Assembly (NCBI GenBank): GCA_965207885.1
Contig: OZ242311.1
Span: forward strand, 4,800,001 to 4,864,000
Length of the DNA stretch: 64,000 bases
Direction: 5' to 3'
Source of the DNA: Candidatus Latescibacterota bacterium
GTDB lineage: Bacteria > Latescibacterota > UBA2968
Positions 1 through 9,075 of the stretch are shown here, in pieces; position 1 is the stretch's first letter; each line of letters begins with the position of its first letter. A program made the translations under genes and the position numbers. The notes under the pieces were generated by a model. That model was not told the origin of the DNA and did not search any database. It saw nothing but the letters and a program-made list of their open reading frames with translations.

Positions 1-741
1 CGCGTTTGCAATGGGTTCCAGGTATGGCGCGACATCGCCTTCGCCCAGGGGATAGAATCCAACGGTGGCACGCGCAATATCGGCTTTTGCGTCTTTGATG
101 TGAATATGGCCGATATAATCGCGAATTTCATTGTAGGCATCGGGGAAGGGGATATCCGTACAGTACATTGTGTTGGGAATATCCCATAGGAGTTTGAGGT
201 GGGAGCTACCCAATTCGTCGATCAACTTTCGCGCCAGAAAGCCCGATGTTATCATGGCATTATTACCCGTTTCAACGACGAGTATCACGCCTTCTTCTTC
301 GGCTATTTGGACGGGTACAGCCATCAGTTTCACCAGTTTGTCCCAAGCACCAGCAGTGACAATCCAATCTTCTGCGCCGTTGTACCCAAATAGGATCATT
401 TCTTTTTTACAACCCATAATTCTGACGATATTTGTCCTGAGGGTTTTGGCAAGGGCAATGCACCGCCGCAATCCCGATACATGATCTTCAAATGTGGTAT
501 CTCCTATTTCGGTCTGCAATACGGGCAAGCCGCCAAAGTTGTGCCGCGAGATGCACGAGACTTCCATGTCGTGCTGATCCAGTAGTGCCTTTATGCGCGC
601 CACTTGCCCGGCGTCGTGATCTCCCACTTCTCGATCCCATACAAACTGGAGTTCTGGATATCTCAGGCCATATTCCGCCATGACATTCAATGCGTGTTCA
701 AAATCTCTGCTGATTCCATCTGTAATTACACCGAGTTTCAC
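1..741 (-). CDS. Sugar phosphate isomerase/epimerase (xylose isomerase-like TIM barrel), truncated at window start
   Basis: Not in the ORF track; read manually. GTG at 741 with GGAG RBS gives VKLGVITDGISRDFEHAL...VVETGNN...LWDIPN...GHIHIKD, with the E/D/H metal ligands of the family. Confidence 0.8.
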   Translation of the reverse strand, partial: MKLGVITDGISRDFEHALNVMAEYGLRYPELQFVWDREVGDHDAGQVARIKALLDQHDMEVSCISRHNFGGLPVLQTEIGDTTFEDHVSGLRRCIALAKTLRTNIVRIMGCKKEMILFGYNGAEDWIVTAGAWDKLVKLMAVPVQIAEEEGVILVVETGNNAMITSGFLARKLIDELGSSHLKLLWDIPNTMYCTDIPFPDAYNEIRDYIGHIHIKDAKADIARATVGFYPLGEGDVAPYLEPIANA

Positions 742-760
742 TGTAAGCTCCAATCTCGTC

Positions 761-1645
761 TTACCGTTTTTTCACTTCAATATCCAGCATGTTTTCAAAA
801 ATTTTGATGATGGCCCAGTTCGCTTCTTCGGGGTTTACGCTGATGCCCGCTTGAAACCACTCTGCAGCCGATGAGAGCGTGAACAGGGGCACGCCACATT
901 CTCGTCCCAGTGTTTTTGCGATTCCGAGGTCTTTATACATTGTGCCAATGCGGCTTTGGCCCGCGAAATTTCGTTCCATGATGTTTTGCGTTGTGTCCCG
1001 AAATAAAAAGCTGCCGACCACACTCGTGTTGATGACTTCGTAGAGGGTCTCGGCTTTTACGCCGGCTTTTACGCCCAGTGATAGGGTTTCGAAGATGCCC
1101 GCATAGGTTACACCTGTCAAGACGGCCAGACACGCTTTCACGGTTTGTCCGGCTCCGATTTCTTCGCCGACGTGGTAGATATTTTCTCCGACTGCTTTGA
1201 GGACTTCTCTGGCGTCCTCAAAAATATCTCGCTGTGCCGCTACCATCATTGTCAGTGTGCCAGCCGCTGCGCCGGGTGCGCCACCGCTTACCGGGGCGTC
1301 TATGACGCGAATGTCTCTCTCTTTTAAGAATTGCGCGATTTCGACCAATTCCGACCGCAATATGGTTGCGGTACAGATAAATGTCGATCCCGGTTTCATG
1401 CCGTCCAACAAGCCATTGTTTAAGATTGCTTTAATTTGATCGCCGTTCATGACCATGACGAACACGAAGTCTGTGCGTTCGCCTACTTCGCCTACATTTT
1501 TGGCTGCATAAGCTCCCCGCTCGACAAATGGTTCCAATTGTTCGGGGCGCAAATCATACACGACAAGCTCATGGCCGTTCTTCAAGATGTTCGCAGCCAT
1601 CCCACTGCCCATATCTCCGACACCGATTAGCCCAACACGCGCCAT
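761..1645 (-). CDS. NAD(P)-dependent beta-hydroxyacid dehydrogenase (3-hydroxyisobutyrate/tartronate semialdehyde/L-threonate dehydrogenase family)
   Basis: GLIGVGDMG Rossmann motif, DAPVSGG, catalytic K in GQTVK, MYKDL. Start moved to ATG 1645 (AAGGA RBS). Confidence 0.85.
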   Translation of the reverse strand: MARVGLIGVGDMGSGMAANILKNGHELVVYDLRPEQLEPFVERGAYAAKNVGEVGERTDFVFVMVMNGDQIKAILNNGLLDGMKPGSTFICTATILRSELVEIAQFLKERDIRVIDAPVSGGAPGAAAGTLTMMVAAQRDIFEDAREVLKAVGENIYHVGEEIGAGQTVKACLAVLTGVTYAGIFETLSLGVKAGVKAETLYEVINTSVVGSFLFRDTTQNIMERNFAGQSRIGTMYKDLGIAKTLGRECGVPLFTLSSAAEWFQAGISVNPEEANWAIIKIFENMLDIEVKKR

Positions 1646-1735
1646 TTTTTTTCCTTTCGCATTTAAATTTAGTTTGCTAATTAACAATAAACTACGAAAC
1701 GCTATTGGTCAAACTTACACTACAGGAGGTTTACA

Positions 1736-2614
1736 ATGGACAATATATATCTGAGATGGTGGGGGTGTGGTGCTTTCGACATTCTCTCTGAGGATGTCAA
1801 TATCGCCATTGATCCGTATCTTTTCGGTGATAATCTAAAAGAGGCTGAACCTATTTACGATTATATTTTTATTAGCCACGAACATTTTGATCATTGTCAT
1901 CCCAAAACCCTGACGAAATTGTGTCGGGCAGATCGCTTCAAAAAACTCTTTGTCAATATCGGTTGTATGACGCCAAATGAACCTGTTGACGAAAATTATG
2001 GCGACGCGGCTTTTTCTCGGGATTTGCCCATCAGCAAGCATATACCCGAAGAAAAAATTCAGGTGCTCTTTCCCAAATATCGCACCGATGACATGCGCAT
2101 TTTTCCCGGTCCTTTTTCGTGCGACCTGGGCGCTGTACAGGTAGAAGCTGTTGAAAGTGGTGAAAATGCGCGGCCCGATTTACCCACCTGTGGTTATTTA
2201 ATCACATATATCGAGAAAGATATCTCGTTCCATCACACCGGGGATCTTCACGCGACCTACCCTGCGCTCGGCAACCTGAAGGGCCGTGTGGATTATCTCA
2301 TCCACATGAAAACAGGGCTGAAGAACTGGCCTGTTTTTTCAAGTCTTCTCGATCTCGTGCAGCCCCGATTTTTGATCCCAACCCATTATCGAACGGATCG
2401 CAAAACCGATCCTATTCCCGAAGGACATTGGCCTCCTGATGTTACGGATGTGAACGCTTTTATCGAGAGTATCCGCGAACACGCTGGTGACCGAACCCAA
2501 ATTTTGCCTTTCACTGCTGGCGTTCAGTACGAGATTGAATTGCCCGAAAAAAAAGTTGTGTGGGCGTGGGATTGGCACAATACATGGACTGTGCCCCCGT
2601 GGCGAGAGGGATAG
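1736..2614 (+). CDS. MBL-fold metallo-hydrolase (UlaG-like)
   Basis: IDPY, SHEHFDH, HTGD and PTHY motifs; GGAGG RBS. Confidence 0.8.
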   Translation: MDNIYLRWWGCGAFDILSEDVNIAIDPYLFGDNLKEAEPIYDYIFISHEHFDHCHPKTLTKLCRADRFKKLFVNIGCMTPNEPVDENYGDAAFSRDLPISKHIPEEKIQVLFPKYRTDDMRIFPGPFSCDLGAVQVEAVESGENARPDLPTCGYLITYIEKDISFHHTGDLHATYPALGNLKGRVDYLIHMKTGLKNWPVFSSLLDLVQPRFLIPTHYRTDRKTDPIPEGHWPPDVTDVNAFIESIREHAGDRTQILPFTAGVQYEIELPEKKVVWAWDWHNTWTVPPWREG

Positions 2615-2624
2615 ATCCCTGTTT

Positions 2625-3389
2625 TTATTCAGGGTCTTTCAACTGATATGCAATCGCGTAAAATGCCATTGAGTTACCCGTGCGATTTGGCTCGCTCCGA
2701 TGCCAGGTGTAATTTGTGAAGAAGAGGCCGTCACCCGGTTTCATTTTGACCAGGACTTCATCGGAGTAATCGATCTGATCCAGGGGGATGCGGTGGCGCT
2801 TAAAGGGTTCATAGGTTTCTTCGCCATTCACACGGGATTTTCTGAACATCGGCGGGTCGTCGTAATAAGATTCGTGTGGCACGAGTTCCCAGCCGATATG
2901 GCTGCGCGGCATGACCGATAATGCGATGGCGTTTTTTCCCACTTCTTGCATCGGGATCCAGCAATTGCACCCCAATTCGGGATCGATTTTCCAGTACCAC
3001 GAGTCCTGGTGAAAATAACTGCATCCACCTTGCTCAGTGTCAATCCATCCGTGTTTAACCCCTATCTGATCTGTGAAGAGTTCCACATCGCCTCCCAAAA
3101 CTCCCGCCATCGCATTTGCCATATTGCAGTGTTCTGCGACTTTAGCAAATACTGCTTCTTCCAGGCCCGGACGTTGAATGCCCTTGGGCACTGGATCGCC
3201 TGATGTGGCGCAGTATATTTCGGGATTGAGGACTTGAAATCTGCCTTTTTGCCAATCTGGCGGATGATCTACTATTTCTCTTACTCGCGACCAGGCGTTT
3301 GCCATGAGTTCGGCGGGGATCAATCCCTCCACATGGCAGTATCCCTCTTCTCGATACTGTTGGATATGTTGTTCGGTGACTGTGCTCAT
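2625..3389 (-). CDS. Phytanoyl-CoA dioxygenase (PhyH) family Fe(II)/2-oxoglutarate enzyme
   Basis: HQD motif plus distal H and R/N in WHRSEPN. Confidence 0.85.
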   Translation of the reverse strand: MSTVTEQHIQQYREEGYCHVEGLIPAELMANAWSRVREIVDHPPDWQKGRFQVLNPEIYCATSGDPVPKGIQRPGLEEAVFAKVAEHCNMANAMAGVLGGDVELFTDQIGVKHGWIDTEQGGCSYFHQDSWYWKIDPELGCNCWIPMQEVGKNAIALSVMPRSHIGWELVPHESYYDDPPMFRKSRVNGEETYEPFKRHRIPLDQIDYSDEVLVKMKPGDGLFFTNYTWHRSEPNRTGNSMAFYAIAYQLKDPE

Positions 3390-3400
3390 TCTTTTCCCTT

Positions 3401-4201
3401 TCAGTCGCTTATCCAGTGTCGGAACAGGGGTTTTGCGTTTTCTGGCAATTCCTCGTAAACCTGGCGGGGTACAGGTTCCTGATCGTTGTCGGTCAAGCCG
3501 GTTTCATCCACCATCATTTTGCGCTCTTCAGACCCGGGCATCAATACGCGCGTGTTCAACCACCAGGGGGCATAGCGAACGACAACGGATACCCGGTCCT
3601 CTTGCGATTGATTGGGGGCGGTTGCGTGCCATATCCGACTGTCCAGCACGAGGACACTTCCCGCCGGACCCGTTGCATTCATCTCGGTTGAATAAGGTTC
3701 GAGCGGATCTACATCTATATTTCCGGTTGGATTATTCGACCATCGGTGGCTGCCCGGCACGATCAATGTGCCGCCATTCTCATGGGTAAAGGGAGATAAC
3801 ATCCACAGGGTTGTGATATGCATTACCGCATCTGGATAAGGTGCAAGCACATGCGCGGCGTTGATCTGATTGAACGGCCAGTCTGCATGCCATCTGCCCC
3901 GTGGGTTGTCCCGGCGGTTGATGGTCGCTGAGACATAAGACACTTTGACAAAGGAGCCAAAAAGAGCTTCGAGGATAGCCATCAGCCTTGCGTCTGCGAG
4001 ATAGGGCGCGAGGGATTGGTCATAGCGTATAAATCCCGGCACGTGTCCGATGCCCTCTTTTGCGGCCTTTGCTCTGCCGTGTATCCCGGTCGAATGCCAT
4101 ACGTGATCGCGTATGGCATCTATCTCATTTTTCGGGATTACGCCTTCTATTACGGTCCAGCCATCTCTGCGGATTCGGTTTAGATCGGTATTTAAACTCA
4201 T
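3401..4201 (-). CDS. Phytanoyl-CoA dioxygenase (PhyH) family protein
   Basis: WHAD, NGGT.IVPGSH and WHATAPN...R motifs. Confidence 0.85.
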   Translation of the reverse strand: MSLNTDLNRIRRDGWTVIEGVIPKNEIDAIRDHVWHSTGIHGRAKAAKEGIGHVPGFIRYDQSLAPYLADARLMAILEALFGSFVKVSYVSATINRRDNPRGRWHADWPFNQINAAHVLAPYPDAVMHITTLWMLSPFTHENGGTLIVPGSHRWSNNPTGNIDVDPLEPYSTEMNATGPAGSVLVLDSRIWHATAPNQSQEDRVSVVVRYAPWWLNTRVLMPGSEERKMMVDETGLTDNDQEPVPRQVYEELPENAKPLFRHWISD

Positions 4202-4216
4202 AGCGCATCCATTTGG

Positions 4217-5308
4217 TTATATGTCAAATATGATGATCTGCCGGGCGACTTCACCTGCGATCAGAGCCTTAAACGCATCGTCAATATCATCTAAGGATAT
4301 ATTGTGTGAAATCATTTCGTCGATCTTGAGATTGCCCATGAGATACATATCCACATACCGCGGCATATCCACGCGAAAGCGATTGGACCCCATGCTCGAT
4401 CCCTGAATTTTGCGCTCGCGCAAAAAGTTGTGTCCTGTAAGTTCAATTTTAACGCCCTGGGGAATCATGCCAATTATCGTGGCGGTGCCGCCTTCTTCGA
4501 GCATATAAAAACACTGTTCCGCAGTCTGTTTTAAGCCGACGGCTTCAAAAGAGTACGCCACGCCTTTTCCGCCGGTCAGATCCATAATTTGCTCAACGGG
4601 GTCGCCATCATTGGCATTGACCAGGTCTGTCGCGCCCAATTCTCGGGCCAGTTGCAGTTTGGAAGAGACGGTATCTACTGCAATAATACGCCCTGCACCG
4701 CCTATTCGCGCACCCTGTACAGCACTCAGGCCAATGCCACCGCATCCGACAACGGCTACTGTGCTGCCAGCCTCTACTTTGGCGGTGTTGAGCGCAGCGC
4801 CAACGCCGGTTGTCACACCGCATCCGATCAGGGCTGCTTTGTCCAGTGGCATGTCTTCGCGGACTTTGCATACCGCATTTTCGTGTACCAATAGCTGTTC
4901 TGCATAAGAGGCGAGGTTTGCAAATTGGAAGAACGCTTGATTATCCTGGGATAGGCGCGGTTTATCTGTCTCTTTGCGCTGTGTCGATTCCCTATCTTCA
5001 CATAGATTTGGACGTCCGGTGGTGCAGTAGCGACAATGTCCGCAAAAAACCGATAGACAGGTGATTACGTGGTCGCCGGGTTTTACATAGGTCACGTCTG
5101 GCCCGACCGCCTCTATAATGCCCGCTGATTCGTGGCCGAGCACGGCAGGTAGCTCGCAGGTATAAAGTCCTTGCTGATAATGAACATCGCTGTGACAGAC
5201 TCCTGCGGCGGCGGTACGAATCAATACTTCGCGCCCGATTGGATCGGCAATTTCGACATCTTCTACACTTATTGGCTGATGTGCTTCGCGCAAAACAGCG
5301 GCTTTCAT
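4217..5308 (-). CDS. Zn-dependent alcohol dehydrogenase (class III-like MDR)
   Basis: CHSD, GHE, CGHCRYC...C structural Zn cluster, GCGGIG. Confidence 0.9.
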   Translation of the reverse strand: MKAAVLREAHQPISVEDVEIADPIGREVLIRTAAAGVCHSDVHYQQGLYTCELPAVLGHESAGIIEAVGPDVTYVKPGDHVITCLSVFCGHCRYCTTGRPNLCEDRESTQRKETDKPRLSQDNQAFFQFANLASYAEQLLVHENAVCKVREDMPLDKAALIGCGVTTGVGAALNTAKVEAGSTVAVVGCGGIGLSAVQGARIGGAGRIIAVDTVSSKLQLARELGATDLVNANDGDPVEQIMDLTGGKGVAYSFEAVGLKQTAEQCFYMLEEGGTATIIGMIPQGVKIELTGHNFLRERKIQGSSMGSNRFRVDMPRYVDMYLMGNLKIDEMISHNISLDDIDDAFKALIAGEVARQIIIFDI

Positions 5309-5325
5309 TGTGGACCTCCTGTTGT

Positions 5326-6846
5326 TTATCGACCTTCTTCTTCCCAGCGGCGAATCACAATTTTGGGATCGAAATAGGTGTTGTTCGGATAAAAATCGGG
5401 CAGCGACGAGCGATCCCCCTGTCTCGCACCTTCCAGATGTAATAGTGCGAGTGGTAGCGCGGTATCGATATTCGTTTCGCCTTCCCGACTATCTGAGACA
5501 ATCAGGCCATTCACCTGATATTGCCGCAGCAATTGTTCTCCGAGAGAGGTGGCGGACTGCAATAGCGCATTATCGCCTGTTGCCGAGTGGAGTTCCAATA
5601 AACCGAATAACGCGCAGGCGTCGTTTTGTCCTTTGTTTACCCACGCTTCATCACTTGCAGGCGAACCGCCAGATCCAAAATCCACAGGCGCGTTTAAGTC
5701 GCCCCAGCCCATCCCCTGGGCTGTGGAAAAGGCTATTTCTCGAAAACGATCAATGCCGGTCAGATGGTATGCCCGCGCGTAAGATAAGAACATCAGGCCA
5801 TTTGCAGGGACTTTTCTCAGCTTTGTGGGCGGACAATAGCCGATTGCTTCATTGCTATTTTCTGGATAGAGGCGGGTGCCGTCATTGATTGCGGGATAAA
5901 AGCTGTGGTCGTTGATATTGTAACAGTGGGTTGCCAGGGCTTCTAAATCCGCGGTTACTACATCGAGAAATGCTTTGCCCTTTTCATTGCCCAGGACCTC
6001 CGCAGCATTGAGAAAGGTGACGGCGGCTCGTCCGTATCGAACTTGAATCACGTTATTGGTGATGACTGTTACTTCGTTGATATCTGCCCGTTCGCTAAAC
6101 GGTAGTTTGAATGATTCTCGGACCCGACAGGGATCGCGATGATTAAACTGATACCCCGCCAATCCCGCCTCGGGATGCCGGATCTGATCGTATCGCGAGA
6201 GTAGATGCTTTGCCCATCTCAAAGGTGTTTCATCGCCTGAGAGCGCGTGTAGTATTGCCCCGCTCAGGATTAAATCGCTTCCCGTGTTGACAAAGGAAAG
6301 CGCGGTGTTCTCCACAATCGGCAATGGGCCTCCTTCAAATTCTATATCCCACTTTTCTTTCCACGCTTCGTAAATTCCGTGCCGGTTAAAGAGCAAGGTG
6401 GGCCAATCCCAGATGTGCGCGTGCCAGACGGCTTTGGCAAAGCGGCGCATGCGTTCGGGATGAACTTTATAGAGGTACGCATAGTGCGGATAGACGCACT
6501 TCATTTCGTGATTGCCCAGTACTGGCGCATCTGTTAAGAGGTCGTAACTGGTATGGCCTCCCCAGTAGAACAGGTCAGATTCTATATCGTGAATTTTATC
6601 CAGCGCACAATTGATCCATTTATCTGCCTGATTATGGTATTTGTCGTTCCCTGTTAGTGTTCCCAATGCATCCAGCGCCCGCAAAAAATTCTGCTGACAC
6701 GCGAGGTTGGATAGCATATTTCCCTCCCAAATCAGCGGCTGTGCGGTTGCCAGGTCGAGTCCATCTGAGAGCATTGCACCGTTTTTGTGTGTACAATGCG
6801 CGAATACCTCCTGTACGTGCTTATCTACCGCGTCGATAAATCCCAT
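5326..6846 (-). CDS. Polysaccharide lyase family 2-like (periplasmic/exo-pectate lyase) protein, no signal peptide
   Basis: SNLACQQNFLR, FYWGGH, HEMK..YP.Y, W.AHI.DW...NRHG, LSFVNTGSDL and YQF resemble PL2 motifs. ATG 6846 has a GGAGG RBS. Confidence 0.7.
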   Translation of the reverse strand: MGFIDAVDKHVQEVFAHCTHKNGAMLSDGLDLATAQPLIWEGNMLSNLACQQNFLRALDALGTLTGNDKYHNQADKWINCALDKIHDIESDLFYWGGHTSYDLLTDAPVLGNHEMKCVYPHYAYLYKVHPERMRRFAKAVWHAHIWDWPTLLFNRHGIYEAWKEKWDIEFEGGPLPIVENTALSFVNTGSDLILSGAILHALSGDETPLRWAKHLLSRYDQIRHPEAGLAGYQFNHRDPCRVRESFKLPFSERADINEVTVITNNVIQVRYGRAAVTFLNAAEVLGNEKGKAFLDVVTADLEALATHCYNINDHSFYPAINDGTRLYPENSNEAIGYCPPTKLRKVPANGLMFLSYARAYHLTGIDRFREIAFSTAQGMGWGDLNAPVDFGSGGSPASDEAWVNKGQNDACALFGLLELHSATGDNALLQSATSLGEQLLRQYQVNGLIVSDSREGETNIDTALPLALLHLEGARQGDRSSLPDFYPNNTYFDPKIVIRRWEEEGR

Positions 6847-6961
6847 GATTGCCCTCCTTGTCCTGGTCAAAACAATTATAGCTCCAACAGACCAAATATC
6901 AAAGTGCTCTTACATCCGCTCAACAATCGACTTGACATTGTTTGCGACAGCAAGCATAAAT

Positions 6962-7059
6962 GAGAAGGGTGAAGTGTGAAGGAGGAAGGGTGAAACGCGG
7001 GGTGGTGTTGGGTGGTTTTCTCACTTCTCACTTCTCACTTCTTACTTCTCACTTCTTTC
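6962..7059. repeat. Heptamer tandem repeats in inverted arrangement (GAAG-type arm, then TTCTCAC-type arm)
   Basis: 6962-6996 gagaagg gtgaagt gtgaagg aggaagg gtgaaac; 7018-7059 about six ttctcac-like units. Confidence 0.8.
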
Positions 7060-7070
7060 GGAGGATTCAC

Positions 7071-8021
7071 ATGTTAAAAGCTGGATTTATCGGAGCTGGG
7101 GGGCGCAGTCAGGGCGCGCATTATCCAAATGTCCATCGCCTGGAGCAAGATGTCGAGATGTGCGCGGTTTGCGAACTCGATGAAGAACGCCTGGATCAGG
7201 TTGCGAAAAAATACGAGTTTCCGCAAGTATATACAGATCACAAAAAGATGCTCGGCGAAGCCGATCTCGATATCATCTATTGCGTTATGAATGAAAAATG
7301 GATTTTGCAGACGGCTATTGATTGCATGAATGCGGGCAAACACATTTTTATTGAAAAGCCTCCCGGTGCCAATCTCGAAGAGACCGAGCAATTGCTCGAG
7401 GCGGCGGTGTCCAACAATGTGTTTGCAATGGTTGGGTTCCAGCGGCGCTATACCGCGGTTACGCGCGAGGCCATGCGTGTCGTAGCAGAAAAAGGTCCCG
7501 TTTCATCTATTGTCACGACATTCAACAAGCAAATGCTCGGTGGCGATGGCAAAGAATTTACTTCTACTCTGTGGAATGACGTCTGCCATATTGTCGATCT
7601 CACGCGCTATATGGCCGGGAGTGAACCCGTGGAGGTGTCCGCCTATCAGGACAAATTTGGTGGGGAGAGCTATAATAATTACACGGCTCTCATACGTTTT
7701 GAGAATAACGCGGTCGGCACCATCCATGGCAATCGCGCTTCTGGTGGGCGCGTACTGCGCTCTGAATTGCACGGTGTGGGTATTGGGTGTTATATGAAGA
7801 TTCCCCAGGAGATCGAGATTCACGAAGACAATCAGGTGCGTACCCTGGGAGGATGGGAAGTTGATGGCGTGGAAGAGGATGATGTCGCCAGTTACGAGGG
7901 TGTTTTGACGATGCACCAGCATTTTGTCGATTGTATCAATAAAAACGAGGTGCCTCACAACGACCTGCGAGATGTTATCCATTCCATCCGTCTGGTGGAT
8001 CAGCTCGAAGCTAAGGAGTAA
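7071..8021 (+). CDS. Gfo/Idh/MocA family oxidoreductase
   Basis: GFIGAGG, IFIEKPP and VGFQRR motifs. ATG 7071 has a GGAGG RBS; the longer ORF's N-terminus is translated heptamer repeat. Confidence 0.88.
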   Translation: MLKAGFIGAGGRSQGAHYPNVHRLEQDVEMCAVCELDEERLDQVAKKYEFPQVYTDHKKMLGEADLDIIYCVMNEKWILQTAIDCMNAGKHIFIEKPPGANLEETEQLLEAAVSNNVFAMVGFQRRYTAVTREAMRVVAEKGPVSSIVTTFNKQMLGGDGKEFTSTLWNDVCHIVDLTRYMAGSEPVEVSAYQDKFGGESYNNYTALIRFENNAVGTIHGNRASGGRVLRSELHGVGIGCYMKIPQEIEIHEDNQVRTLGGWEVDGVEEDDVASYEGVLTMHQHFVDCINKNEVPHNDLRDVIHSIRLVDQLEAKE

Positions 8022-9004
8022 ATGTGCTCGGGTGAGTCAACCAGTTCGCCCGCGGCCTCTAATACCTCAATTCCAGCATCCTTTTTGTACGCATTTTCGC
8101 TGATATATCGCCGCCAGGCTTTTGCACCCGGCATGCCGGCAAATAGCCCTATGAGATGTCGCGCTATATGGTGCAATCGCGTACCGCGTTCGAGTTGGTC
8201 GGAGACATAGGGCAGATACGCGTGCAGGATTTCGTGTCGAGATGGTATTGGGCGTGTTTCGCCAAAGAACCGATGGTCAACTTCGGACAGAAAATAGGGG
8301 TTTGAATAGGCTTCCCGCCCGACCATCACGCCATCGACACGCGCCAGATGCGCAGCGGCTTCGTCGAGCGATATAATTCCCCCGTTGATTACGACATCCA
8401 GATCTGGAAAATCGCGTTTGATGCGATAGACGATGTCATAAGATAATGGGGGAATTTCTCTGTTTTCTTTGGGACTCAGGCCCTGAAGCCAGGCTTTGCG
8501 CGCGTGAAACGCAAAGATACGGCATCCCGATTCGGCAACGGTCTGGACAAAATGCACCAGTTCCTGGTAAGAATCGCGATTGTCAACGCCGATTCGCGTT
8601 TTTACGGTTACGGGAATATCTACCGCGTCGCGCATTGCGCCTACACCATCGCGCACCCGTTCGGGTTCTTTCATCAAGTACGCCCCAAAAAGCCCTGATT
8701 GCACGCGGTCGCTCGGGCATCCCACATTCAGATTGATCTCATCATATCCCCAGTCTTCCCCCACTTTGGCGCACAGTGCGAGGTCGGCGGGATCGCTTCC
8801 GCCCACTTGTAGTGCTATGGGATGTTCAATCGGATCAAATCCCAATAAACGCGCGCGATCACCGTGTACGATTGCGCCAGTGGCAACCATTTCTGTGTAT
8901 AGCAAAACCCGTTGGGAGATCAGGCGCAGAAAATACCGCTCGTGCCGGTCTGTACAATCCATCATGGGCGCGATTGAAAATCGTCTGCTGTTTCCAATAG
9001 CCAT
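8000..9004 (-). CDS. dusA: tRNA-dihydrouridine(20/20a) synthase
   Basis: APMMDCTDRH, NLNVGCPS.RVQ and HARKAWLQGLSPKENR motifs. Confidence 0.92.
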   Translation of the reverse strand: MAIGNSRRFSIAPMMDCTDRHERYFLRLISQRVLLYTEMVATGAIVHGDRARLLGFDPIEHPIALQVGGSDPADLALCAKVGEDWGYDEINLNVGCPSDRVQSGLFGAYLMKEPERVRDGVGAMRDAVDIPVTVKTRIGVDNRDSYQELVHFVQTVAESGCRIFAFHARKAWLQGLSPKENREIPPLSYDIVYRIKRDFPDLDVVINGGIISLDEAAAHLARVDGVMVGREAYSNPYFLSEVDHRFFGETRPIPSRHEILHAYLPYVSDQLERGTRLHHIARHLIGLFAGMPGAKAWRRYISENAYKKDAGIEVLEAAGELVDSPEHIYSLASS

Positions 9005-9075
9005 ATAAAAACTCAATAAAAAAACGAGTCGATTACATGGGCAACCGACTCGTTTTGGATTAATACCAGTGTTTA

